Shown here one piece after another: positions 7,993-17,504 of a DNA stretch of 64,000 nt. How positions within the stretch are numbered: the first letter of the stretch is position 1; every line of letters starts with the position of its first letter. A program made the position numbers and the translations under genes. Under the pieces are notes generated by a model. The model was not told the origin of the DNA and did no database searches. It saw nothing but the letters and a program-made list of their open reading frames with translations. Where the stretch lies: positions 1-64,000 of the IMG/VR virus record IMGVR_UViG_3300020045_009879; one strand, given 5' to 3'. This stretch comes from a virus.

Positions 7993-8198
7993 ATTCAACA
8001 AAACTTTTATTATGGTTTATATTTACAATTATTATAATTGGGATCACTATTTTTATTATCGTAAAAAAAAGAACCAAATGCATTCATGAATATGAGTATT
8101 ATGTCCTTAGAATGAAAAAACATTCTTACTCCTCAATAATTCACTCTACTGTCATATCAAAATGCAAACTATGTGGGCATATAAAAGATAAAACATGA
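7989..8198 (+). CDS. small membrane-anchored Zn-ribbon-like protein
   Basis: N-terminal TM helix, C.H.Y...CKLCG. Confidence 0.65.
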   Translation: MNSTKLLLWFIFTIIIIGITIFIIVKKRTKCIHEYEYYVLRMKKHSYSSIIHSTVISKCKLCGHIKDKT

Positions 8199-8473
8199 AA
8201 ATATATATGGAAAGAACACTGAATACCATGAAAAACACATGCATAATAAGAATATTCAAAAAATTTCTCATAAAACATAGGGCATATGAGGCATATTGCG
8301 AGGCAATGAATGAAGAATGTGATAATATATACGCAAAATTAATGAAGTCAGATAATCCATATAATTTCGTCGGTGGATATTTCTCATGGGAGGAAACTGC
8401 AAAAGAAAATGATTTTTGGGCTGATCTGGATGATGAATGGAATATGTTTTTAGATAATTATTTAAAACTATGA
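8195..8473 (+). CDS. hypothetical protein, family B
   Basis: IFKKFL...AY...FSW...W..L..W..F. Confidence 0.75.
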   Translation: MKIYMERTLNTMKNTCIIRIFKKFLIKHRAYEAYCEAMNEECDNIYAKLMKSDNPYNFVGGYFSWEETAKENDFWADLDDEWNMFLDNYLKL

Positions 8474-8760
8474 AAATACCATTAAAAATATTCTTACGTT
8501 TCCTTAAAAAAGAAAAGTGTTTTGATGCGTATATTACAGCATGCAAAGAAGATAAAAAACTTCATTATCGTGACCGTCCAATGTTAGAATATATGCACAA
8601 TATGTGCATCATAGACGATAATAAAAAATGCAACGAAGATTCCCTTATTCAGTCTTTTGACTGGGATGAATTTCCTCTTGATAAAGGTCTAGATTATACT
8701 TGGTGGGATATATCTGAAAAATGGAAAACATTTATAAAATATGAAGAAGAAGATAGCTAA
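8470..8760 (+). CDS. hypothetical protein, family B
   Basis: IFLRFL...AY..AC...SFDW...W..I..KW..F. Confidence 0.75.
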   Translation: MKIPLKIFLRFLKKEKCFDAYITACKEDKKLHYRDRPMLEYMHNMCIIDDNKKCNEDSLIQSFDWDEFPLDKGLDYTWWDISEKWKTFIKYEEEDS

Positions 8761-9058
8761 AAAAGTATTCCTTAATTTCCTGCGAAAGAATAACTGTTTA
8801 CAGGAATATCTCATGGCATGTAAGAAAACCAATTTAGAATATAATAATGCCACAAAATCCAATATATCATTAAGGTCTTACTTACAAAAAAGAGAAATCA
8901 TGGATAAGGATAATAATTTCAATGTGGGTAGCATATGTAATTCATTCACGTGGTCTAAATATCCAATAAAAAAAGGCAATGTCAGCAATTGGAAAAACTG
9001 GAAAAACCTACATGAAAAATGGAATGATTTTTTACACAATAATAATTTTGAATGTTAA
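8741..9058 (+). CDS. hypothetical protein, family B
   Basis: VFLNFL...EY..AC...SFTW...W..L..KW..F. Confidence 0.75.
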   Translation: MKKKIAKKVFLNFLRKNNCLQEYLMACKKTNLEYNNATKSNISLRSYLQKREIMDKDNNFNVGSICNSFTWSKYPIKKGNVSNWKNWKNLHEKWNDFLHNNNFEC

Positions 9059-9108
9059 ACGCAAAAGAATGCGGAACATAAAAATAATAATAATTTAAAA
9101 CAAAAATA

Positions 9109-9387
9109 ATGACAACAAGATTACAGCGTATGGTAGTTAAGGTCAGGTGGCAATATTCACCAGACAGAATTCAAACAACATGTTTCCTCGATTCACTATG
9201 GGGAGAGGAATCTTCAAGTATTTCATCCGGCACAGCAACAAAATCTAAGAAAGATCAATTTGAGTATGAAAAAGCACGTAAAACATCTTTAAAACGCGCA
9301 TTAGCCGCCTCTGATCTTAACAAAGAAGAAAGAAGTGAGATATGGGTAGCATATTTCTCCAGAAAACCAGCAAAAGTAGTTGTATAA
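9109..9387 (+). CDS. hypothetical protein
   Basis: ORF followed by terminator. Confidence 0.7.
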   Translation: MTTRLQRMVVKVRWQYSPDRIQTTCFLDSLWGEESSSISSGTATKSKKDQFEYEKARKTSLKRALAASDLNKEERSEIWVAYFSRKPAKVVV

Positions 9388-9389
9388 AT

Positions 9390-9412
9390 AAGGGGGATTA
9401 ATTTCCCCTTTT
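9390..9412 (+). terminator. intrinsic terminator
   Basis: aagggg-gattaattt-cccctt followed by tt. Confidence 0.6.
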
Positions 9413-9426
9413 AACTCAATAATCCA

Positions 9427-9672
9427 ATGGAAAAACATATAGAAGTAAATGGAATAAAATATAAGCCAGTAAAAATTGCAGATATTAGAAAGGAAATATC
9501 ATTTACAACAAATGTCAAGGGATGCGGATTTTGCTCATTTGCACAAAATACTAATAAAGCCTGCGTTTTAGCTCATGAATTACGTCCCTGCGTCAAAATA
9601 AGTCTTAGTGTTTTCATGGACAAAATTCTATACATAAAAACATTCAAGCATAAATATAATCCATACAAATAA
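9427..9672 (+). CDS. small Cys-rich protein, family A-like
   Basis: CGFCSF...C...C. Confidence 0.65.
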   Translation: MEKHIEVNGIKYKPVKIADIRKEISFTTNVKGCGFCSFAQNTNKACVLAHELRPCVKISLSVFMDKILYIKTFKHKYNPYK

Positions 9673-9673
9673 C

Positions 9674-9961
9674 ATGCAAAGGAAAATAGGGGAATCATTT
9701 ATATACGAGCACGTTAAATTGGTTGTATTTGCGTATAATACTAAACATATACCAATTAATAGGGATGATAAAACACATAAATGTTATATTTGCATTTTTG
9801 GGTCAAAGGGAAATACACAATTTGCATGTCACTGCGGACGAGGAGAACATGTAAGGGGTGAGTGTGGTCCAAACAGGGTCTTTTGGGACAAAGAAGAATA
9901 TAAAAAATTCACCAGAGAACAAAAAGCATTAATATCTACAAATCCAAATAAATTTAAATAA
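9674..9961 (+). CDS. small Cys-rich protein, family A
   Basis: MQRKIGESFIY...CYICIF...C.C...RGEC. Confidence 0.75.
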   Translation: MQRKIGESFIYEHVKLVVFAYNTKHIPINRDDKTHKCYICIFGSKGNTQFACHCGRGEHVRGECGPNRVFWDKEEYKKFTREQKALISTNPNKFK

Positions 9962-9962
9962 T

Positions 9963-10229
9963 ATGGCAATTTTATCACCAATAGACAAACGAATCTTAGA
10001 ATGTGCAAAGAGGGTCTTAAGAGACAAAACAAGCGTCGTTATGACTAGGGGAGTTATATTTGACTCACAATTCAAAAGCCTCGTTAATATCGCCTTAAAA
10101 TGCGATCTAACAGACGCCATGCTTAAGGAAGAAATGGAATATCTATGTAGGCAGGAATGCCTAGATCTTATTGTCAAAAATGACAAATATGGAGATGAAA
10201 CTACACACTTTATAGGAGACGCAGAATGA
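9963..10229 (+). CDS. hypothetical protein
   Basis: ORF in coupled string. Confidence 0.65.
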   Translation: MAILSPIDKRILECAKRVLRDKTSVVMTRGVIFDSQFKSLVNIALKCDLTDAMLKEEMEYLCRQECLDLIVKNDKYGDETTHFIGDAE

Positions 10230-10392
10230 AAAGGGCTGAAAGCAAGAAAAGATATAAAAAAAGGAATGTCATATATGTGGAAACTAAATATGGTGATTTT
10301 ATCGATGAATCTGAATATGGTATGACTCAGCAAAAAAATGCCATGTCTGAAAAAGAATTAATTAAATACGGATTTAAATTAATAAAATAATT

Positions 10393-10737
10393 ATGAAACA
10401 TTTATTTGTGTCATATGAATTAACTTTAAAGCTAAAGGAAAAAGGATTTGATGAAGAGTGTTTAGGACTCTATTATAAAGATGGTTCATTTGCCTATAAT
10501 CCAGATAGTGATGTGTTTGTTGGTGCGCCTCTTTATCAACAAGTAATTGATTGGTTTAGAGAGAAACATAATATTTATATTGAAATTAAATTAGGAATAA
10601 GAAATAATCTGCTATATATAGGAGAAATTTATACTATAAGAGACACCTATAAAAGTAATATCAAACTAACTAATTATTTTGATTCTTATTATAAAGCTTT
10701 AACAGAAGCTATTGAAGAAACACTTAAATTAATCTAA
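10393..10737 (+). CDS. conserved Bacteroidota-phage hypothetical protein
   Basis: FVSYEL..KLKEKGFDEECL..Y...APLYQQVIDWFREKH motif. Confidence 0.75.
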   Translation: MKHLFVSYELTLKLKEKGFDEECLGLYYKDGSFAYNPDSDVFVGAPLYQQVIDWFREKHNIYIEIKLGIRNNLLYIGEIYTIRDTYKSNIKLTNYFDSYYKALTEAIEETLKLI

Positions 10738-10739
10738 TC

Positions 10740-11033
10740 ATGATACAAAAACATCAAACAGCATGTTGTGCACTATGCCAGCTTACAGCATCAAATGAAG
10801 ACTCTCTAGAGGCACTAGATGAAGCTGTAAATAAGATTAAAAAAAGTGCAAATAGGTTGTGGACGCCAGTAGATAAAAGCGGAGGGGAACGCGCAATCTA
10901 TGTAATAGTAGCACCCGGAGAATCTAAACTGGAAAATAATTTAGAAAGACTTAATTTCTGTCTAATAGCAATTTTTCAAAGAAGAAACGGTTATATTAAC
11001 GGCCAGCTAGGAATGTGGATGTTAAAATTTTAA
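10740..11033 (+). CDS. hypothetical protein (CCALC motif)
   Basis: ORF in coupled string. Confidence 0.65.
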   Translation: MIQKHQTACCALCQLTASNEDSLEALDEAVNKIKKSANRLWTPVDKSGGERAIYVIVAPGESKLENNLERLNFCLIAIFQRRNGYINGQLGMWMLKF

Positions 11034-11034
11034 C

Positions 11035-11505
11035 ATGGCAATAAAAAGAATCTACACCGATGGCAGTTGTCTCCAGAATCCAGGTCCAGGAGGATATGCA
11101 TTAATTATAGTAAAAGATGATGAAGTTCTAGAAATCAAGCAGTCATACTCACCACACACTACAAATAACCAGATGGAACTTTTAGCAATTAGGGATGCTA
11201 TAATATATTGTATTAATAAAAATATATCTGAATGTAAGATATACAGTGATTCACAATATTCAGTATTTGGAATTAATCAGTGGATGCATAAATGGATAAA
11301 AAATAGATGGAAAGGAAGTAAACATACCGTTATTGCCAATGTAGAGATATGGCAAGAGGTATATTCCTTATGGGAAAATGCTAAACAAAAACTCAATATA
11401 TCAGTCCATTATATTAAGGGTCACGCAGATAATAAATTTAATAATCTTGCCGATAAAAAAGCAAGAGAAATAATACATTCTTATGATACAAATCAAAAGA
11501 AATAA
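11035..11505 (+). CDS. rnhA: ribonuclease HI
   Basis: YTDGSC..NPGPGG, TNNQMEL, SDSQY, KGHA..N..AD catalytic motifs. Confidence 0.95.
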   Translation: MAIKRIYTDGSCLQNPGPGGYALIIVKDDEVLEIKQSYSPHTTNNQMELLAIRDAIIYCINKNISECKIYSDSQYSVFGINQWMHKWIKNRWKGSKHTVIANVEIWQEVYSLWENAKQKLNISVHYIKGHADNKFNNLADKKAREIIHSYDTNQKK

Positions 11506-12463
11506 ATTTTTAACAAAGATAATCAATAATGAACAAATATCATCAATTCCAACGAAAGCTTTCGATGAAATAACCGGAGTTGGTAATCTTGAATATGCAA
11601 AAGAGTTTATTCGAGATAAAGATCTTATAATGAGTGAAATTAAAGCACTAGAAAATTACAGACTCACGAGAGCCATTACGCCAAATACACATGCCCCTAA
11701 TAAAATACTAATTGATGATAAAGAAATATCATTTAAAAAACTTCTTGAATCGTGGGATTTAACATATGATATATTATGTTCTGCAATTAAAAACGCAACA
11801 CTTCTTACCATAAACAACGAGATACAATGCGATAATTACGAGTATATTGACTGTATTAATAAAATTGCAAATTCATATATACAGAGAAATATACCATTTG
11901 AACCAAAAAAATCTAGTTTGAAGCTTATGTTTATTAACAGATCTATTGTAAATAATTCAAAATATATTGGCCTTAGCGGAACACGAATACTCACTACGTC
12001 TTTAACATTTGTAGCACCTAAAAATAGTTTTCATGATGACAGAGAAAGTATAAATATTTATAACCCAGATGAAAAAACAATAGAAAATCTTATTGACACA
12101 ACAGATAAGATATATTTTAGTTTTTCATTATTTTACAACGACGAAGAATGGTATTTCCAAGAATTATCAAGAGAATCAATAGAAAGGATATTATCCAAAT
12201 GCCGAGAATTCGCACAACAAATATCATCAAATCCTCCAAACTCAATAATGGCATCAGGAATATTCCAAATACTATGGTATCAATCCGTCGAAGGATTAAA
12301 GTCGGGCACAATAGTTCTACAAGACATTTGGGGACACAAAAAGAGATTTGCCGTAAAAGATTTAATCCCCAAACCCAAATACCTGTTGCAACAATACATG
12401 GGAAAATACCTCTCAACGAAGACTTCGAAATGGAGGGAAGATGTCAGCAATTACATACTTTAA
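11483..12463 (+). CDS. hypothetical protein (326 aa)
   Basis: Long ORF; short motif shared with the next two genes. Confidence 0.8.
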   Translation: MIQIKRNKFLTKIINNEQISSIPTKAFDEITGVGNLEYAKEFIRDKDLIMSEIKALENYRLTRAITPNTHAPNKILIDDKEISFKKLLESWDLTYDILCSAIKNATLLTINNEIQCDNYEYIDCINKIANSYIQRNIPFEPKKSSLKLMFINRSIVNNSKYIGLSGTRILTTSLTFVAPKNSFHDDRESINIYNPDEKTIENLIDTTDKIYFSFSLFYNDEEWYFQELSRESIERILSKCREFAQQISSNPPNSIMASGIFQILWYQSVEGLKSGTIVLQDIWGHKKRFAVKDLIPKPKYLLQQYMGKYLSTKTSKWREDVSNYIL

Positions 12464-12472
12464 AAAAAATGA

Positions 12473-13534
12473 ATGATGAGTACAGATTTTCCCAATACTG
12501 GAGCAAAAATACAGTATGACCTAATATATTCTGAAGAACAGCTTAGTGAGATTATTCATTTGTTAAGTCTACTAGCAAAAAAATATTCGTGGAATATAAA
12601 TATAACAGATACAATACGCTGGGCTTTAAATTATGGATTAAAGCATCCATATGGAATAATATATTGGTGTCATCTTAATCCAGTTAAAAAATCCATAATG
12701 TTTAGTCCCAGAAATATTGTTAAAAACTCATGTGTTGGATCATGCTCCTCGCCAGCCATTTTGACTTTGTGTGCAGAATTATATATTATTAATGGATGCA
12801 GCCCTGATGAATTTGTTAAATACACTTCAAATATGGTAAAGGAACTTGTTCCAGAGCTAACAACAAATAATAATTTCATTAGCAATAATTATATATCTCA
12901 AATCTATAGTCAACCAATACGATATTCCCATGAAAATAAAATTGATTTATTAAGTAAAATAGATTTATCAATAGAATATCTCTATGTAACCGGAGACAAA
13001 GAGACAATACTTACTATTTTAGGATTTAATACTTCGATTAAAAAAAAGACTACTGAAGGCGTATTAGCAAAAAAAGCGTATATAGAAGAACTTCTTGGGT
13101 GTAATTTTGAAGAATTTTGTAAACTAGTACCAAACGAAACATTTAATACTAATGATTTACCAAAAGATTATATTCCTGAGCATTATTTTACCAATAGAAT
13201 TGCTATAGGAGGACATGTATTTGAATGGGAAGCATTTAAACAGCACACCGATATGGATATTAGATTGTTTGACTCAATGTTAAAAAAAGTTAATCATTCT
13301 ATACACATATCTAGAAATTCTAATACATTATTCCAACTTAATAATGGAGTATGGAATTGTTACAAATATACCAAACCATCAGACGACGATATACGTAAAA
13401 ACACAATAGACAGAACCCTAGCATATAGTGTAAAAATCATTAGAATACAGCAAGACAAAGTGGAAATAAAAAGTTATAATATCTTAAAAGAAGGATTAAC
13501 AATAAAAATAGAAGAAAATGAAAAATTTAATTAA
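12473..13534 (+). CDS. hypothetical protein (353 aa)
   Basis: Long ORF. Confidence 0.8.
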   Translation: MMSTDFPNTGAKIQYDLIYSEEQLSEIIHLLSLLAKKYSWNINITDTIRWALNYGLKHPYGIIYWCHLNPVKKSIMFSPRNIVKNSCVGSCSSPAILTLCAELYIINGCSPDEFVKYTSNMVKELVPELTTNNNFISNNYISQIYSQPIRYSHENKIDLLSKIDLSIEYLYVTGDKETILTILGFNTSIKKKTTEGVLAKKAYIEELLGCNFEEFCKLVPNETFNTNDLPKDYIPEHYFTNRIAIGGHVFEWEAFKQHTDMDIRLFDSMLKKVNHSIHISRNSNTLFQLNNGVWNCYKYTKPSDDDIRKNTIDRTLAYSVKIIRIQQDKVEIKSYNILKEGLTIKIEENEKFN

Positions 13535-14552
13535 ATTTAACGGAACAGCAACAAAGTCAATAAAAGACTTCTTTATTGTAAAACACCAATATTCTATTGG
13601 AAAGGATTTAATAACAACCGGAGGCAATTCAGATAAATATGCAATTATTGACCCCGAATCAAAAAGCATTTCGCTGTTCAATAGGGTAAATACAGAAAAA
13701 ATTAAGGGGGTTAAGATTGATATTTTTTCAATAAATATTACCGATGCTTTTCTGAGATTCTTTTATGATTTCATTAATAATGATAAAAATTTCAATATAA
13801 ACACCCTTACCATATTAGAAAAATCTTATATAGATATCATATCTTATTCCACATCTGCATCAAATAAAAATACCTATAACTTAGAAAATTGGCATCAACT
13901 GACAATATGTGGTAGTCTAATCACCGAAGACATAAGTATTCCAATGGGTAAGACACCAATAATGCCTAATGATGGTAGACTTAATGGGTCATGTGCACTA
14001 GCAATAATGGAGTTAAACTATTCATTTTGCGAACCAAACTCATTACATTCAAGGGATATGTTTGCAGACGTAAGTATTTACACTTCAAAAATGCTAAGCG
14101 AATTTCTCTTTGCCTCTCCATCCACTTTGATAAAACATTTTGCCGACGATAATCTTAGCAATGCTATTTTGCAAGAATTAGTAAATCCAGCATTTGATAA
14201 AACCATTAAGAAACTAAGAAAAGAAAATGAGAACATTATCATAATAGGCATTCTTGCGGAAAATGGCGAGACTGTTTGGATTTCAATGGCCACCATGCTT
14301 GAATATATGGATATGACAGAAGAAATATTCAACAGATGTCTAGATAATATCAAAGACAAAAAAACGGCCGCATCATACAATATTATTGGACTTGAAAATT
14401 TTCAGACCACGGAGGTAAAATACATGAAAATGTATTTGGAAAAGTCAAATTATTTGTATAACTTTACAAACATATTAAACTTTAAAGAACCATGTTATAA
14501 TGAGGATACAAAAAAATACGAGGAATTAGAAGATTATGACCTTAACTTCTAA
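13518..14552 (+). CDS. hypothetical protein (344 aa)
   Basis: Long ORF. Confidence 0.8.
   Translation: MKNLIKFNGTATKSIKDFFIVKHQYSIGKDLITTGGNSDKYAIIDPESKSISLFNRVNTEKIKGVKIDIFSINITDAFLRFFYDFINNDKNFNINTLTILEKSYIDIISYSTSASNKNTYNLENWHQLTICGSLITEDISIPMGKTPIMPNDGRLNGSCALAIMELNYSFCEPNSLHSRDMFADVSIYTSKMLSEFLFASPSTLIKHFADDNLSNAILQELVNPAFDKTIKKLRKENENIIIIGILAENGETVWISMATMLEYMDMTEEIFNRCLDNIKDKKTAASYNIIGLENFQTTEVKYMKMYLEKSNYLYNFTNILNFKEPCYNEDTKKYEELEDYDLNF
14435..14466 (+). promoter_or_regulatory. putative Bacteroidota sigma70-type promoter for the replication genes
   Basis: TTTG-N20-TAACTTTA (consensus TTTG-N19-21-TAnnTTTG, one mismatch), 70 nt before 14536. Confidence 0.45.
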
Positions 14553-15117
14553 AATTGATTTCAACAAAATAATTTCACTTGGGTTATCAAAACAACTCAC
14601 ACTTGATGAGACGATGCATTTGGCATTTATTGATGGTATGTTTAAACCCATACACCTTGATCTAAGAATGTCAATTGTATCTTCTCTTCAAGAGAAGGGA
14701 TTAATAGTACATGATAAAGAGGACGGTCGTATCACTATGACGACCAGGGGAGGAAATATTTTTAAATCAACAAAGAAAGATAACTCCTTTCTTGCAAAAA
14801 CCCTTAGGGAATTATTTCCACCAGGTCTAAAAGATGATAAATGGCCATGGAGATCTACTAACGTACAGATTCGAGATAAGCTGGATAAATTTATGGCATT
14901 ATATCCAGAAGCAGAGGATGAGCAAATTATCAGTGCCACTAAAAATTATCTCAGCAAGATGCATGATAATGAGCGAGGAATGTCTTTACTACAGTATTTC
15001 ATACTAAAAAATACAGATGACGGACAGAAAAGCATTCTCGCTGAATATATAGATGTTGAGAAAGACTTTAAAAAAAATCCTTACACTACACAATCAAGTA
15101 ATATAACACAAATATGA
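14536..15117 (+). CDS. putative replication initiator / helicase loader (winged-helix-like N-terminus)
   Basis: SLQEKGLI...ITMTTRG wHTH-like pattern; LRELFP...W...KF...I..AT..Y C-domain; precedes DnaB. Confidence 0.5.
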   Translation: MTLTSKIDFNKIISLGLSKQLTLDETMHLAFIDGMFKPIHLDLRMSIVSSLQEKGLIVHDKEDGRITMTTRGGNIFKSTKKDNSFLAKTLRELFPPGLKDDKWPWRSTNVQIRDKLDKFMALYPEAEDEQIISATKNYLSKMHDNERGMSLLQYFILKNTDDGQKSILAEYIDVEKDFKKNPYTTQSSNITQI

Positions 15118-15311
15118 GCATTAGACAAGAACGAAAGGCGAAAAGAGCCTCAAAGAAAGATAGCAATGGTATGACTATGGATCTATCCAGACCGGTAAGA
15201 AGAGCAATGCAAAGGTTACAGCGTGCCATAAATGATTACCATGCTACGGGTGGAAAAAATCCACAAAGTGATCAAACATATACTTTGCCAGGATCAGAAA
15301 ATTATCATTGA
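15114..15311 (+). CDS. small basic hypothetical protein
   Basis: ORF. Confidence 0.6.
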   Translation: MSIRQERKAKRASKKDSNGMTMDLSRPVRRAMQRLQRAINDYHATGGKNPQSDQTYTLPGSENYH

Positions 15312-15313
15312 TT

Positions 15314-15595
15314 ATGCTTGAAAGACCAATTAATGATTGTTTTGCACATGAAAATATATTACTACAGGTAATTGAGCGTCCAGTTTATAATCCAGAGATT
15401 GATATTGGCGTTCTAGTAGATACACAGGGCAAGCGTACGCAAATAACAAAGGAGAATTATAATGCCTGCTATAAGTGTTTTTATTTTAAAAAATCCTATT
15501 GTAAGACACTTCCAATACGAGGAGAATGTTCAGACCGCAACCGCATTGACGAGAAAAAAGTAATCTTTATACAGATAGCCAATGAGCCTTTATGA
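15314..15595 (+). CDS. small Cys-rich protein, family A
   Basis: CYKCFY...C...RGEC...R.DEK.VIF. Confidence 0.7.
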   Translation: MLERPINDCFAHENILLQVIERPVYNPEIDIGVLVDTQGKRTQITKENYNACYKCFYFKKSYCKTLPIRGECSDRNRIDEKKVIFIQIANEPL

Positions 15596-16718
15596 AAGAA
15601 CAATAAAGAAGATCAGAGAAAACAAGGCCAAAAGACTTAGTGGAGAGATTATCGCACTACCATGGCATGGATTGCCTAGGCTAAGCAGAATTTTGGCAGG
15701 CATTGAGCCAGAAAAGATTACGATTATTACATCTGGTCCGAAGGCGGGCAAATCACAGATTACCAATTACTTGTATTTATTTCAACCGATAGATTATCTT
15801 TTTGAACATCCTGATTGTAATCTTAACATTAAAATATTCTATTTCTCTCTAGAGATCTCCCAAGAATCATTAATGCGACAGGCTATATCATATCGTTTAT
15901 TTGCCAAGTATGGAGTAACAATATCTCCGCAAAAGTTAATGTCTATCTTTCAGAATTATATTCTCGACGATTATATTGATGGATTAATAGACAAAGAAAG
16001 GCCATGGCTTGATTTTCTAGAACAACACCTTGATATACAGGAAAGTATCAGAAATGGAACTGGCATTTATATGTATATAAAAAGCTGGTATGAAGCTAAC
16101 GGCACGTGGATTTACAAAGACGTTATCTATAATGGAAAAGTAGAAACAGTAAAAGATTATTACATACCCAATAATTCAAATCTTATAGTTACAGCAATCA
16201 TCGACCACATTTCTCTCCTTGCACAGGAGAGATCGGAGGGCTCCATGCTTACACTTCATCAATCTATAGGTAAGTTCTCATCAGAATACTGCTTAAGACT
16301 TAGGGATAAGTATAAAATGTGTTTAGTACTAGTGCAACAGCAAGCATTAACATCTGAACAACAACAGTTTACAAGTTCTGGAAAATCTATTATTGAGAAA
16401 TTAAAACCATCCCCGGATGGATTGGGTACAAATAAAGAAACCTCGAGGGATTGCAATCTAATGCTAGGCCTATTTAATCCCTATAAATACGATTTTAAAA
16501 CGTATAAGGCAAAAGATGATACAGGATATGATCTTACAAGGCTACAGGATAATCACAGAGAACTGCTTATATTACTCAATAGAGATGGCATAAGTTCTGC
16601 GGCTATTGATTTAGTCTTCAATGGTGCATGTAGTTATTTCCAGGAACTCCCTAAGCCAGAGGATATTCAGGAAACAGATTATTTAGCAGTCGAGGATATG
16701 CGAAAAAATGTAATTTAA
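15582..16718 (+). CDS. dnaB: DnaB-like (SF4) replicative helicase
   Basis: Walker A SGPKAGKS, FSLE, IDHISLL, LVQQQ, LLNRDG. Confidence 0.88.
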   Translation: MSLYERTIKKIRENKAKRLSGEIIALPWHGLPRLSRILAGIEPEKITIITSGPKAGKSQITNYLYLFQPIDYLFEHPDCNLNIKIFYFSLEISQESLMRQAISYRLFAKYGVTISPQKLMSIFQNYILDDYIDGLIDKERPWLDFLEQHLDIQESIRNGTGIYMYIKSWYEANGTWIYKDVIYNGKVETVKDYYIPNNSNLIVTAIIDHISLLAQERSEGSMLTLHQSIGKFSSEYCLRLRDKYKMCLVLVQQQALTSEQQQFTSSGKSIIEKLKPSPDGLGTNKETSRDCNLMLGLFNPYKYDFKTYKAKDDTGYDLTRLQDNHRELLILLNRDGISSAAIDLVFNGACSYFQELPKPEDIQETDYLAVEDMRKNVI

Positions 16719-16727
16719 TAATTTAAT

Positions 16728-17456
16728 ATGAGTATAATTTTACCAACAGAAAAAGTAAAAGCAACAACAGTAAATCCTGCAATGATGATTCTGGCAGGCT
16801 TCCATAAGAGCGGCAAAAGTCTGAGTCTCAGTCTGTTAGATGACAATTTGATCATAGATACCGAGATGGGGTGTCGCTACTTGGATGCAATGAAAGTTGA
16901 GGTTAATGGTATCAGGGATTTTAACGATGTAGTCGTAGCATTGCGTGCTGGCGGCATCCATCATCGTTTTATCACCATTGATACAGGAACAAAACTTGAG
17001 GATATAGCACAGGAATTAGCTCTGATAAACTACAAAAAGAGCCCCATAGGCAGACGATTTGAGGGTGGCTCTAAAGATATTCAAAATTTAGCTAATGGCC
17101 TCGGATATGGGCTTATAAGGACAGCCTATATGGATCTATTAGAGTGGATAAAGCCATTTTGCGATACATTAATTGTAGTCTGTCATGTTAAGAACTCTTC
17201 TTTCACTAAAGATGGGGAAGAAATTTCTATGATTGACATCAGTCTGACGGGCCAACTCAAAACTATTTTAGCTGCACGTGCTGATGCCGTAGGCGTACTT
17301 TATCGCAAGAAAAATCAGTCTATCCTTTCATTTAAGGGCGGAGAATCTTTCTTAGTAGAAGCACGACCAGAACATCTTAGGGGTAAAGAATTTGTAGTCC
17401 TTGAATCTGATGAGAATAATATAGTAACAGCGAATTGGTCACAGATTTTTATTTAA
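16728..17456 (+). CDS. AAA_24/Sak4-like P-loop ATPase
   Basis: GFHKSGKS, LIIDTE, ITIDT, GLGYG, LIVVCH, ADAVG. Confidence 0.85.
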   Translation: MSIILPTEKVKATTVNPAMMILAGFHKSGKSLSLSLLDDNLIIDTEMGCRYLDAMKVEVNGIRDFNDVVVALRAGGIHHRFITIDTGTKLEDIAQELALINYKKSPIGRRFEGGSKDIQNLANGLGYGLIRTAYMDLLEWIKPFCDTLIVVCHVKNSSFTKDGEEISMIDISLTGQLKTILAARADAVGVLYRKKNQSILSFKGGESFLVEARPEHLRGKEFVVLESDENNIVTANWSQIFI

Positions 17457-17504
17457 ACAACACACAACCACACAGAAAATTAGTAACTTTTAAATTTTAA
17501 TTAT

